Shown piece by piece: positions 10,017-20,374 of a stretch of DNA of 64,000 bases. The first letter of the stretch is position 1; the number at the start of each line of letters is the position of its first letter. The notes beneath the pieces are model-generated. The model saw nothing but the letters and a program-made list of their open reading frames with translations, was not told the origin of the DNA and searched no databases. A program made the translations under genes and the position numbers. The stretch is from Dehalococcoidia bacterium. Its GTDB lineage: Bacteria > Chloroflexota > Dehalococcoidia > Bin125. The stretch is taken from contig OZ244071.1 in NCBI GenBank assembly GCA_965215555.1, positions 3,032,962 through 3,096,961 of the forward strand. Reading direction: 5' to 3'.

Positions 10017-11597
10017 ATGCCTACTCCTATTGCTCCTCTTGACCTCCAACTACGACTCTCCGACGACGCCCCCATCGCCTTGATCGATGTCCGCGACGCC
10101 CCCGAGTACAACGCCTCTCACATTGTCGGGGCGAGCCTGATTCCTCGGCGGATGTTGGAGTTTGAGCTTTCCGGCGCCGTGCCTCATCCCGATACGCCGA
10201 TTGTCCTCTGCGACGAGGACGAACGACGCGTCCACTATGCCGCTGCCACCGTCGAGGCGATGGGCTACTCCGATATCTCGTCGCTCTCAGGTGGCACCAA
10301 CCGATGGGCGTTTCTTGATCTGCCGACCGAGTGGGGCGTCAATGTGCCCAGTAAGGACTTTGGCGAGCGGGTCGAGGTGGTGCATCACGTCCCAGAGATC
10401 GACGCTGACGACCTCCATGCGCGGATTGAGCGCGGCGACGAGCTGGTTATTCTCGACACTCGCACGCCGGAGGAGTATCGCCGCGCCTGTATTCCTGGCG
10501 GACGCAGCATGCCGGGCGGCGAACTCGCGTTTCGCATTACCGACGTCCTCGATGACGCTCCGCCCGACGCGACGGTCGTGGTCAACTGCGCTGGCCGGAC
10601 ACGCAGCATCATTGGTACTCGCGTCCTGCAGCGCATGGCATTGGAGCGCGAGGTCGTCGGACTGAAGAACGGCACGGCGGGCTGGATGCTCGCCGGACAC
10701 GAGCTCGAGTTTGGGGCAGACCGAGACGCATTGCCATCGGTGACATCCGAGGGACAGGCTGCGGCAGAACAGTACGCGCGCCGCTGCGCCGAGGAAGACG
10801 GCGTGCAACTTATCGGTGTCAAGGAACTGGACGCACTTCGCGAGCGCAGCGCTTCGGAGAGTGTCTACTTCATCGATGTGCGTACCGACGCCGAGCACGA
10901 GGCCGGTCACATTCCCGGATTCCGCTGGTTCCCTGGCGGTCAGGCGGTCCAGCGCAGCGACGACGTCGCCGTGGTGCATTCTGCGCCGATTGTCTTCGCC
11001 TGCGACGGCCTCGCAAGGGCAACGCTGACCGCCTCGTGGTACCGGCAGATGGGCCATCGGCACATCTACGCACTTGAGGGCGGCACTGGCGCCTGGACAT
11101 CAGCAGGACGCGCGTTGGAGTCTGGCAGGGAGCGCGCGGAGCCGGCGTTGCTCAGGCAAGCCCGGGCATCGGTGAAGCTGGTTGAGCCGAGCGACGCATT
11201 TGATCCTCTGTATGCCCGTGTGCTCCACGTCGGCACCAGCCAGGAATTCGCGGATGGCCATCCCCCGGGAGCAGAGTGGGAGGCCCGAGCATGGTTGGAA
11301 CGCAGCATTGAAGCCTATGATGACGAGCCAATCATCGCGATCTGCGAGTCGGGTGAGCAATCACTGCTGGCAGCGCACAGCCTGATGCAACTCGGCCGGA
11401 CTGATGTGACGGCAGTCGAAGGCGGCATGGTCGCCTATCGCGAAGCGCGACTTCCCATCGAAGAAGGACTGACCGGCGTGCTCTCGCCGCCCAACGACAT
11501 TCTCGCCTTCGGGCCGCAGCGCGGCTACGCAGACATGCAGCACTATCTCCGCTGGGAAACCGCCTTGGGAGAAAAATACGCACCCGAGAACGGCTAA
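10017..11597 (+). CDS. Multi-domain (four-domain) rhodanese-related sulfurtransferase
   Basis: Repeated DVR..EY..GHI/GG modules, VNVPSKDFGE, CAGRTRSIIG. Confidence 0.9.
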   Translation: MPTPIAPLDLQLRLSDDAPIALIDVRDAPEYNASHIVGASLIPRRMLEFELSGAVPHPDTPIVLCDEDERRVHYAAATVEAMGYSDISSLSGGTNRWAFLDLPTEWGVNVPSKDFGERVEVVHHVPEIDADDLHARIERGDELVILDTRTPEEYRRACIPGGRSMPGGELAFRITDVLDDAPPDATVVVNCAGRTRSIIGTRVLQRMALEREVVGLKNGTAGWMLAGHELEFGADRDALPSVTSEGQAAAEQYARRCAEEDGVQLIGVKELDALRERSASESVYFIDVRTDAEHEAGHIPGFRWFPGGQAVQRSDDVAVVHSAPIVFACDGLARATLTASWYRQMGHRHIYALEGGTGAWTSAGRALESGRERAEPALLRQARASVKLVEPSDAFDPLYARVLHVGTSQEFADGHPPGAEWEARAWLERSIEAYDDEPIIAICESGEQSLLAAHSLMQLGRTDVTAVEGGMVAYREARLPIEEGLTGVLSPPNDILAFGPQRGYADMQHYLRWETALGEKYAPENG

Positions 11598-12814
11598 CAG
11601 CCCACTCGTCGCCCTTGACTGGACGAACGGCTGATGTCGGTTTCCTGTGCCCCCTGGTCCCCGGATATGTCTGTATGGCCAAGCTGGCCGAAATGGGTCA
11701 GCATCTGGTATGCGCAACTCAGACTGGTCTGGCTAATGTAGCCGTCCTCGTTGGGGTTACTAAGGATTCCGACCGTCTCCAGCATCGCAAGAGTGTCACT
11801 AACTTCAGAAGCGGACGCGCCACGTACTCCAGGGTCAGTGCTCGCGACGACGAGCCCGTGTAACACATCGGGCTTGGCCATCACCGTGTCAGGAGCTTCC
11901 TTGTTAAAGCGTTGGATCGATTCCAGCAGGAACGAAATGAGATTGATTCGCCGTTTACTGTTGATGACTGCCTCTCTCACCCCAGGCAAGGCTTCAGAGG
12001 CGAAGGGAACGCTCTCAATTACCGCCCTGAGGTCAACCAATGACAACGGCCGGATTGCATGAAGACCCACGAGTTCAACCAACTCATCTATTTTCAGAAG
12101 CGACACTCCAAAGTCCTTGGCATGACTCTGAAGCTGACCACCAGCGAAGGCCGACCCAACAAGAACTGCGAAATCGGCGCGTTCTTGCGAACGGTGTCTT
12201 TGGATGGCCAACCAGTCTATCTGTGCTTCCGTCACCTTCCCTTTGGCGGATGCTTTGGCGTCAAGGACAACGCTAAAGCGAGAAATGCCAAGCGGAGCTA
12301 CGGCCAACACATCGGTACGCCCGGGACCGCCGATCTCTTCGACCTCGAAGCCGAAGAATCGCATGGCATCCGCGACGGCACGTTCCAATCTTTCAGAATT
12401 CGACGAATCAATCGAAGCGGCCTGAAGTTCTTGAGAGATGAATTCAGCTGGGAGGGGCAATACTTCCAATGGAGGAGGGGTGTGTTCATCTCCTCCATTG
12501 GCCGTATGGCTCTGTTCGACCGTTATGGTCGACCCAGACTCGGTGCCAACCGGCTCAGTCGCGAGCTTCCAGACGCCACGTTCTGAACCGTCTATGAGGC
12601 CTGTCATAGCCAGATCCTGACGCGCCCATGCGACACGATTGCGCTATAGAGACGACCTTCCGTCCTTCTGGCGACGGGCCAGATCTTCGCTCGTCAACTG
12701 TTCATTGAAAGCAAGTGTGACTGCTTCTATGGCTTCCTTCGTTCGTAATGGCCCGGACATCTGCAAGATATCGAGGAGAACGGGATGAATCTCCGACCGT
12801 GTTGGCATCACCAT
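11594..12814 (-). pseudogene. Mrr-like restriction endonuclease (Mrr_N wHTH + PD-(D/E)xK domain) with in-frame TAG at 12644-12646
   Basis: ATG 12814 reads MVMPTRSEIHPVLL...KDGRSSL*RNRVAWARQDLAMTGLIDGSERGVWKL, in frame with ORF 11594-12607 (GGPGRTDVL...VLDAK). Confidence 0.8.
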
Positions 12815-12831
12815 GAGACGTTCCGTTCAGC

Positions 12832-13323
12832 TTAGGGTCGCAGGATGACGCGGAGGCGGCCGTCGTAGCTCAGGGCGACGGCTCCGTCGTCGAGGTGTTC
12901 AACCGACCAGGGCAGCTCGGCGTTGGTGACCTCTTGCAGGAGGGCGAGCAGCATCGTCTGCACGCCCTGGTTCGGTGATGTCCACGCAGGCTCGGCCGGC
13001 TCTGTCGACTGCGGCGGGACAGCTAGTTCGAGGTTCGATCGGGCTTGTGCACGACGCTCGCCGGCTGGGGTCAGTGCCCAGATTCCTCGTTCCGACCTGT
13101 CGATGAATCCCTTCTGGGCTAGGTGTAACCGTGCCCAGTGCACGTGATTTTGCCAGAGCGATGTTCCATCTCGACGCTGCGATGCCAGTTCATCGTCGGT
13201 CAGTCGGTGTTGGAGCTCGTGGGTGACGGCAAGGACGACGTCCCGTGGTTTGGATCGACCGCCGCTGACCAGCAAAACCTTGAGCACGGCAGCTTGGATT
13301 TCGGCCCCTGGAGGGATGGTCAT
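12832..13323 (-). CDS. Mrr_N winged-helix protein with conserved ~40-aa C-terminal module
   Basis: WQNHVHWARLHLAQKGFIDRSERGIWALTPAG; C-terminus shared with upstream paralog. Confidence 0.85.
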   Translation of the reverse strand: MTIPPGAEIQAAVLKVLLVSGGRSKPRDVVLAVTHELQHRLTDDELASQRRDGTSLWQNHVHWARLHLAQKGFIDRSERGIWALTPAGERRAQARSNLELAVPPQSTEPAEPAWTSPNQGVQTMLLALLQEVTNAELPWSVEHLDDGAVALSYDGRLRVILRP

Positions 13324-13336
13324 GGCAAGAATCCAA

Positions 13337-13822
13337 TCAGGGACGCAAGATGACGCGCAATCGACCGTCGTAGCTGAGCGTCACGGAGCCGTCGTCGCGG
13401 AGGTCGATGGTCCAGGGGAGCTCGGCGTTTGACATCTCGTGGAGCAGCGCGATCAACATCTTCTGTGCGGCCTCGTTGGAGGACGCCTCGGATTGTGGCT
13501 CGACAGCGGAAGCCGTTTGTCCCCCATCCTGTAGACGTGTAAGTCGTGCCGCCAACTCGATTCCCTCGGGAGTGAGTTTCCATATGCCGTGCCGCGAGTT
13601 ATCGAGCAGACCCTCCTTGAGGAGATCGTTCCGGGTCCACCGAATCCTGTTGTTCCAATAGTTTTCGCCGTTGTCTGTTTCCCGTTGGAGATCTTCTGTT
13701 ACCAGGTCAGGGAATGAATCAGTCATCAACGGATAGGCGTTCCGGGTTGACAGCCCTTCGGGATGGGATGCCAAGACGATCAGCAGCTTCCTTCGCATCT
13801 CAGGAAAGTCAGGGATTGCCAT
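13337..13822 (-). CDS. Mrr_N winged-helix protein with conserved ~40-aa C-terminal module
   Basis: MAIPDF start; WNNRIRWTRNDLLKEGLLDNSRHGIWKLTPEG. Confidence 0.85.
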   Translation of the reverse strand: MAIPDFPEMRRKLLIVLASHPEGLSTRNAYPLMTDSFPDLVTEDLQRETDNGENYWNNRIRWTRNDLLKEGLLDNSRHGIWKLTPEGIELAARLTRLQDGGQTASAVEPQSEASSNEAAQKMLIALLHEMSNAELPWTIDLRDDGSVTLSYDGRLRVILRP

Positions 13823-13906
13823 CGCATACCTCGCCTGTTTTGGCATAGGATACGGCGACCTCCGGCGCTTGTGTCGATGACGCACTCGTATGCGACACTT
13901 GACCCT

Positions 13907-14596
13907 ATGGCCCGACTTCCCAAGCTCCGACGACGCGGATTGCAACCGCTGACTGATGCTCGATTGATTGTCGGGCTGGGCAACCCTGGCCCGGGCTACT
14001 CCCAGAACCGACATAACGCGGGAATCCGTGCTGCCGAGCATGTCCGCAGGATGCTCAAACTGCCTCAGCCGGAGCGCGAGTCTCGCTATCGGGTGTCGCA
14101 GGGCACGACGGCGCTCGGCCCGGTTGCGGTGGTCTTGCCGCGCACCTTCATGAACGAGTCGGGCAAGGCGGTCCAGGCGCTACTCGACAAGTACCGCGCC
14201 GATCCCTCGGACCTGATCCTGTTGGTTGACGAGCTCGACATCGAGCCCGGCCGGATTCGCATCCGACCCTCAGGCTCCGACGCCGGACAGCGCGGTATGC
14301 GCTCGATTAAGTCCGTGATCGGTGAGTTGGACTTTCCCCGGGTCCGAATTGGTGTCGGGCGACCAATGGTCGACAGTCAGCCGTCGCGGCACCCTGATGA
14401 CGTGGCCGATTGGCTTCTGAGCGATCCGGGCTCGGCGGAACGACGGTTGATCAATGATGCGGAAGTGCGAGCGGCAGAGGCAGTTGTGCATTTGCTGGAG
14501 CATGGTGTGGAATCGGCGATGAATCTGTACAACAGAAATCCTTCAGTAGAAACTTCTGCAACGGAAAGCGAATTGCGCAATGTCGAGACGCAATAG
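13907..14596 (+). CDS. pth: Peptidyl-tRNA hydrolase
   Basis: LIVGLGNPG..Y..NRHNAG, TFMNESG, DELD, RVRIGVGRP. Confidence 0.95.
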   Translation: MARLPKLRRRGLQPLTDARLIVGLGNPGPGYSQNRHNAGIRAAEHVRRMLKLPQPERESRYRVSQGTTALGPVAVVLPRTFMNESGKAVQALLDKYRADPSDLILLVDELDIEPGRIRIRPSGSDAGQRGMRSIKSVIGELDFPRVRIGVGRPMVDSQPSRHPDDVADWLLSDPGSAERRLINDAEVRAAEAVVHLLEHGVESAMNLYNRNPSVETSATESELRNVETQ

Positions 14597-15632
14597 TCAA
14601 CGCAGCGCCGACGCGTTGGAAGCGTTCGCGGCCTGCTTCATCGCTTACACGTTGTATCCGCCTGCCCAGCATCTGATCAACTATCTGGATCAGACCGACG
14701 ATGATGAGATCCGCGCTGACGCCAGGGCTGCCGCCGATTCACTCGCGTCGATTCGGGAGCGGATACTGGCGTTCGTTGACAAACCCGCAGGTTCAGTGGA
14801 CAACGACCAGGTGGAGACTCTGCAAGCTCAGTTGAGCCAGGTTCAAGAGTCCATCGACGAACAGCGCTCGACCATTGCCGAGTTGCAACAGGAGCTCGAT
14901 CAACGTGACACGCAGATACAGCAGAACATCGAGGCGCATTCGACCGAGCGCGACCGTCTGATCGAGGAATCGCAGGCGGCCAATGCACGCATCCAGGAAT
15001 TGGATCGGGCGCTCTCTGAGGCGCAAGAGGAGAATCACAAACTGCGAGCCAAGAGTTCCAGCTACGAAGCGGTCTTGCGAGAGCGGACGACCGTTCCGGC
15101 ACAGTTGATCGACTCGGATGAGCCCGAGGATTCGGAACTCACGATTGAAGGCGTCATCGAGATCGCCCGTGAGCAATACGATCGAGTGCAGCTTCCCGAC
15201 GCCGCAATGAAAGAGATCGAGGCGCTGGAGGCGGATGAGAAATCGGCCGATTGGGCTCGCGAAATCCTGCGCGGACTGCAGGCGCTGCAGGCGTATGCCT
15301 TGGAGGCGGAGCACTTCACCGGCGGGTTCTGGGAATGGTGCGAGCACAGCAACCATCCCGACACCTGGAACGCGTCACCGCAAAAGTTGGCGATGAGCGA
15401 GTCAGACACCGTCAAGAACGACGGCCGGCTCTGGCGACAGCGCCGCTTCCTGGTCAGTACCGAAGTCGAACCCAACGGCTATAAGCACATGGAAGCGCAC
15501 CTGAAGATCTCGGAGGGCGGAGGTCAGCACATCCCACGCCTCTACTTCCACGACGACGCCAAGGGGCGCACCGGTCAGATCCACATCGGATTCATCGGCC
15601 CGCATCGCCTGGTACCTACCGGGCAGAGCTAG
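14580..15632 (+). CDS. Coiled-coil protein with putative C-terminal RelE/ParE-like domain
   Basis: Long heptad region; C-terminal MEAHLKI...PRLYFHDD...IHIGFIGPH. Confidence 0.65.
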   Translation: MSRRNSQRSADALEAFAACFIAYTLYPPAQHLINYLDQTDDDEIRADARAAADSLASIRERILAFVDKPAGSVDNDQVETLQAQLSQVQESIDEQRSTIAELQQELDQRDTQIQQNIEAHSTERDRLIEESQAANARIQELDRALSEAQEENHKLRAKSSSYEAVLRERTTVPAQLIDSDEPEDSELTIEGVIEIAREQYDRVQLPDAAMKEIEALEADEKSADWAREILRGLQALQAYALEAEHFTGGFWEWCEHSNHPDTWNASPQKLAMSESDTVKNDGRLWRQRRFLVSTEVEPNGYKHMEAHLKISEGGGQHIPRLYFHDDAKGRTGQIHIGFIGPHRLVPTGQS

Positions 15633-15720
15633 ATTCGATTGCCGCCGGTCTCGTTGTTTAATTCGCAACGCGAGCACGCCTTAGGCTAAGCACAGACGTC
15701 AGCGGACGGAGATCGCGCGC

Positions 15721-18700
15721 GTGAGCGCCACCGACCCGCACGACATGTCGCATGACACTCCACCTGGACTGCTGGCCGGGTTGGGTGACGCCGTGCTCGG
15801 CGCAGTGCGGCAATTTGACGATCAACCGTCGCTGGGCGCTCCCGACGCCGCTAAGCCCGCTGTCCTGGCATCGTTAGCAGCCCGACATCCCGGTCCCGTC
15901 CTGATTCTGACGCCGACACCCGCGTCAGCCGCCGATCTGCTCGACGCGCTTCCGCTCTGGCTGCGTGAAGCGGATCGTGAACGGCTGCGAGCCTTCCCCG
16001 CTCGCGAGACCGCGCCATACGAGCGCCAGCGACCCGCGCCGGACATCGTCGAGGCTCGCCTTGCGACGATTGAGTCGCTCCGCTGCGACTCACCGATCGT
16101 CGTGGCCGATATCGACGCCGCGGCGCAGCGCACGCTCTCCACCGTGAGTTCCATGATCACGATTCAGCAGGGATCCGAGTCGCGACTGGACTCGCTGGTG
16201 CGAACGCTGGATTCACATGGCTATGCCCGTCATCGGATCGTGGTCGAACCGGCCATGTTCGCCGTGCGCGGCGGCATCGTCGATTTCTGGCCGCCCGCCG
16301 AGGACCAGCCAGTGCGCGTCGAGTTGTTCGGCGATGAAGTCGAGTCGATTCGCCGCTTTGATCCGAACAGCCAGAGGTCAACTGATGCTGTTGATCAGGT
16401 CTCGTTGCGACCTGCGCGAGAGTGGAGCTATGGCGATGCGTCGAAGCCGCTGATCGAGGGGCTCCTGGAATCGGTTGACACAGACGATGGCGCAGATTGC
16501 TCATCGACCAACGAGGAGCCGAACGTTGAGTCGGCAGTACTGGCGCTTGACATCGAGCAGCTTCGCAATGGGAGTTCCACGTCGCGGCCCGATTTCTGGA
16601 CGCAATTCCTCGCGCCGGGCACGATCTTCGACCATCTGTCCGGCGAGGCACTCATTCTGGTTGACGAGCCGCACGACATTCAGGCTCGAACAGAGGAACG
16701 CGATGAGCGTGCCGAACACGCCAGAAGCGAACTCGAACGTGGTGGCCGCATGCCCAGAGGACTGCCGCATCCGTGGTTGACCCAGGCCGAGGTCGCCACG
16801 CAGCTCTCCGATCCTGCCGCCACGGTCCGCACGATCTCACGTCTGGCCAGCGGCGAGCAGCGACTTCCATTCCGTCCCGCCGAGCGACTCGCCGGCAAGT
16901 TGGCCCAACTGTTTGAGTCGCTGCGCAACAGCGACCACGCTGGGGCACGCGTCCTGGTCTCGCTGCAAGCGGCCCGACTCTCGGAGTTGATGGCCGACCT
17001 GGGACTGCCCCTGGCGACACTCGAGACAGAGGCGCTGCCTGCGCCGAACGCGATCTCGGTCGGACGTGCGGCCATCGCTGAGGGTTGGCGGCTGGACGAC
17101 CCGGTCTCAGGAGAGCGCCTCGCGTCGTTGATCAGCGATACCGAAATCTTCGGCTTCGAGCGTCAACGTCAGCGCCGACCGCTCAGGGCAAGGTCGACGC
17201 CGGTTGCTGATCCTCACCTGTTGGAGACGCTCAAACCCGGCGACTTTGTCGTTCACGTCGACAGCGGGATTGGCAGGTTCCAGGGTGTCGTGCATGAGCG
17301 GATTGGGGGTCGTGAGGGCGAATACCTGGACATCCGTTTCGCTAAGGGCGACCGTCTGCTGGTGCCGACCGACAAACTGGATCGTGTCCAGCCCTATGTC
17401 GGGCCGTCGGACGCGCCGCCGTCACTGACCCGTCTCGGAGGCGGCGCATGGCAGCGCGCCAAGGCGAAGGTGCGCGGCGCGGTCGCCGAGATTGCCGATG
17501 ATCTGCTCGAGATCCACGCCACGCGAGAGACCGAGCCAGGCATCGCGATCGAACCGGACACGCCGTGGCAGATCGAACTCGAGGCGTCATTTCCATACGT
17601 CGAAACGCCCGATCAGCATCGAGCGATCGAAGACGTCCGCAGCGATCAGGAAACCGCTCGCCCCATGGACCGGCTGATCGTGGGAGATGTCGGCTACGGC
17701 AAGACCGAGGTCGCCGTTCGAGCCGCGTTCAAGGCCGTGATGTCCGGTCATCAGGTCGCCGTCCTCGTGCCCACCACCGTGTTGGCGCAGCAGCACTACG
17801 AGACGTTCAGGCAACGTCTGGCGGCCATGCAGGTGCGGGTCGGTCTGCTGTCACGGTTGCGCACCAGCGCCGAGCAACAGGCCACAGTGGCTGAGCTCAA
17901 GGCCGGATCGACCGACATCGTGATCGGCACGCATCGGCTGCTGCAGCAGGACATCGGATTCAAGAGCCTCGGCCTGCTGGTGATCGACGAGGAACAGCGA
18001 TTCGGCGTCGAGCACAAGGAACGACTCAAGAAACTGCGCAGCGAAGTCGATGTGCTCACATTGTCAGCAACACCGATTCCACGCTCGTTGCATCAGGCGG
18101 TCACCGGCATCCGCGATATGTCCACGATTGCCACGCCACCCGAGGAGCGGCTGCCAATCAGCACCTACGTGATGGAACGGGACGACAGCGTGATTCGCGA
18201 AGCGATCCTGCGTGAGCTGGATCGCGGCGGACAGGTTTACTTCCTGCACAATGAGGTTCGGACCATCGATCGGGAAGCGCTGGAGTTGGGACGGCTCGTG
18301 CCAGAGGCAAGTTTCCTGGTGGCGCACGGCCAGATGCCATCGAACATCCTGCGCGACCACATGGAGCGCTTCACCCAGGGCGAAGCCGACGTGCTGGTCT
18401 GCTCAACGATCATCGAGTCGGGCGTCGACATTCCCCGTGTCAACACGATCATCCTCGATCGCGCCGAGCGTCTTGGTCTGGCGCAGATGTATCAGTTACG
18501 GGGCCGCGTCGGACGGTCCAGCGTTCGCGCCTACGCCTACCTGATGACCGAGCCGTACCGTTCGCTGTCGGAGGTTGCGCAGCGACGGTTGGCGACGATC
18601 ATGGAGGCTGACGACCTTGGCGCAGGATTTCAGATCGCGCTCAAAGACCTCGAGATCCGCGGCGCGGGCAATCTGCTGGGGGCGCAGCAGTCAGGCCATA

Positions 18701-19236
18701 TTGGAGCGGTCGGATTCACGCTCTTCACCCAACTCCTGTCCGAGGCCGTCGAACGCGCCAGGGCCAAGCGTTCCGGCGAGAAACCAGTGCGTCGCCGACA
18801 GGGCACGAGAGTCCACGTCGACCTCGCGCTGCCCAGGTTCCTCCCCGACACGTACGTCGAAGACATCGGCCTGCGGATGACGCTCTATCAGCGGCTCGCT
18901 GCCGCCGACTCGCCTGAGGCAGTCGCGGACTTCGCCCAGGAACTCGACGATCGATTTGGTCCACTGCCACTTCCTGCGTTGAATCTGCTCGGAGCGGTCA
19001 AACTCAAGGTGCTCGCTTCGAGGATCGGTGCAGAGTCAATTCAGTCGGAAGGCGACAGCGTGGTGGTCAGGCTGGCCTCGGGGATCATGTTCAGTCCCAG
19101 CCAGAGGCGTCTCAATGTGCCAAGACAAATGCAGATCGGCTCAACCCAGTTGCGCTACACCCCGTCGGGACGGTTAGTCGATGCTCCATGGGAAGAACTG
19201 CTCTCGGATGCGTTGGTCGATCTCGCTGGAACATAG
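15721..19236 (+). CDS. mfd: Transcription-repair coupling factor
   Basis: RGGIVDFW, GDVGYGKTEVA, DEEQRFGV, QLRGRVGRS, DLEIRGAGNLLG. Confidence 0.97.
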   Translation: MSATDPHDMSHDTPPGLLAGLGDAVLGAVRQFDDQPSLGAPDAAKPAVLASLAARHPGPVLILTPTPASAADLLDALPLWLREADRERLRAFPARETAPYERQRPAPDIVEARLATIESLRCDSPIVVADIDAAAQRTLSTVSSMITIQQGSESRLDSLVRTLDSHGYARHRIVVEPAMFAVRGGIVDFWPPAEDQPVRVELFGDEVESIRRFDPNSQRSTDAVDQVSLRPAREWSYGDASKPLIEGLLESVDTDDGADCSSTNEEPNVESAVLALDIEQLRNGSSTSRPDFWTQFLAPGTIFDHLSGEALILVDEPHDIQARTEERDERAEHARSELERGGRMPRGLPHPWLTQAEVATQLSDPAATVRTISRLASGEQRLPFRPAERLAGKLAQLFESLRNSDHAGARVLVSLQAARLSELMADLGLPLATLETEALPAPNAISVGRAAIAEGWRLDDPVSGERLASLISDTEIFGFERQRQRRPLRARSTPVADPHLLETLKPGDFVVHVDSGIGRFQGVVHERIGGREGEYLDIRFAKGDRLLVPTDKLDRVQPYVGPSDAPPSLTRLGGGAWQRAKAKVRGAVAEIADDLLEIHATRETEPGIAIEPDTPWQIELEASFPYVETPDQHRAIEDVRSDQETARPMDRLIVGDVGYGKTEVAVRAAFKAVMSGHQVAVLVPTTVLAQQHYETFRQRLAAMQVRVGLLSRLRTSAEQQATVAELKAGSTDIVIGTHRLLQQDIGFKSLGLLVIDEEQRFGVEHKERLKKLRSEVDVLTLSATPIPRSLHQAVTGIRDMSTIATPPEERLPISTYVMERDDSVIREAILRELDRGGQVYFLHNEVRTIDREALELGRLVPEASFLVAHGQMPSNILRDHMERFTQGEADVLVCSTIIESGVDIPRVNTIILDRAERLGLAQMYQLRGRVGRSSVRAYAYLMTEPYRSLSEVAQRRLATIMEADDLGAGFQIALKDLEIRGAGNLLGAQQSGHIGAVGFTLFTQLLSEAVERARAKRSGEKPVRRRQGTRVHVDLALPRFLPDTYVEDIGLRMTLYQRLAAADSPEAVADFAQELDDRFGPLPLPALNLLGAVKLKVLASRIGAESIQSEGDSVVVRLASGIMFSPSQRRLNVPRQMQIGSTQLRYTPSGRLVDAPWEELLSDALVDLAGT

Positions 19237-19262
19237 TACACTTGTGCAGCAAGGAGAACTGA

Positions 19263-19910
19263 ATGGCCTCAGAGACGGACCAAGTCGCACTTCCTCAATC
19301 CAAAGCGGGCTCTAATATGGCCGCCATCGTGAAGGAAGCCTGGTTGGCGACATCTCAACTCGGCGATGAAGTTGCGCCAGAGACGCGAGAAGACGCATTC
19401 AAGCTCGTGCTCGAGACAATGCTCAGCAGTGAGGGGTCTGTTACGACCGCCAGCGAAGCATCAGTTAACGACTCTTCAGGCTTAGCTCCAGACGACTCCG
19501 CAGAAAACGATCTTTACTCCACGCCCGAGCTGCGAATGGACGCGATTTCTTCGTACCTCGAGATTGCCGGCGAAGAAGTAGAGATGCTGTTTGGCATAGA
19601 CGCGGCCGAGCCGAAGCTCCAAGTCCATTCGACCAAGCTCGCGCGGACCAAGTCTACGGCTACCCGCGAGGTCGCCCTCTTGGTTCTAGGTGCTCGGACA
19701 TCGCTTGGTCTGGACACGAACATGAACGACGTCCGCGAGTATGTCGTGCACTACAAGAAATATGATGCTCCCAATTTCGCGAAGACCCTACAGAAGAGTC
19801 CCGAGCTGGTCTTGCTAGGCAGGCCACGTAGCAGCCAACGAACCGTGCGGTTGAGGAGCAAAGGGGTAGACGCTGCCCGTGAACTGGCTAAGCGACTGGT
19901 AGCTGAATGA
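19263..19910 (+). CDS. Hypothetical protein, possible C-terminal winged helix
   Basis: AAGGAG RBS, 215-aa ORF, ATGA overlap with next gene. Confidence 0.65.
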   Translation: MASETDQVALPQSKAGSNMAAIVKEAWLATSQLGDEVAPETREDAFKLVLETMLSSEGSVTTASEASVNDSSGLAPDDSAENDLYSTPELRMDAISSYLEIAGEEVEMLFGIDAAEPKLQVHSTKLARTKSTATREVALLVLGARTSLGLDTNMNDVREYVVHYKKYDAPNFAKTLQKSPELVLLGRPRSSQRTVRLRSKGVDAARELAKRLVAE

Positions 19911-20368
19911 CGGCTGACACCGAAGTCATTTTGGAGATTGCCGTACAGGGGCTCACAGATTATGGCGTGTCGCTGTTTGAGAACCGCTTCTACCGGGAAG
20001 CGATTCGTCACGAGGCTCAAGATTTGCTCATCGAGCTTGCGGATCGAAGTGGGCGGTTGGAGCTGGAAGGGCAAAGCCTGATTCAAGCGGTCCTAAGCGA
20101 CAGAGATCCTGTTTTGGTGCTCAGTGAGCTCTCAACCAGGAAGGAGCGTAATCGGCACGCGTCGTTGAGACACTTGCTTCTCGGGGTGACGACTGGAGTC
20201 AGAAACATCTATTCGCACGACGTCCGCTCAGAGGTCACGCACGATGAAGCGGTGATGTGGCTGACGCTCATGGCGGGGCTACGGGACCGAATCGAGCAAC
20301 TAGATGTCCCGAGCGCTTTCGAGACATTCGATGAACCCGATACTGAACTAGTGACAGGTGCTCATTAG
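19907..20368 (+). CDS. TIGR02391 (Hypoth_Ymh)-like protein
   Basis: YREAI...LEGQSLIQAVL...GVRNIYSH (RN...H motif). Confidence 0.75.
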   Translation: MTADTEVILEIAVQGLTDYGVSLFENRFYREAIRHEAQDLLIELADRSGRLELEGQSLIQAVLSDRDPVLVLSELSTRKERNRHASLRHLLLGVTTGVRNIYSHDVRSEVTHDEAVMWLTLMAGLRDRIEQLDVPSAFETFDEPDTELVTGAH

Positions 20369-20374
20369 GCTGAC

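Noticed and set aside
12644-12646. Pyrrolysine or recoded amber
   Set aside because: The position corresponds to Trp, TAG is a normal stop for many genes here, and no pyl genes are seen.
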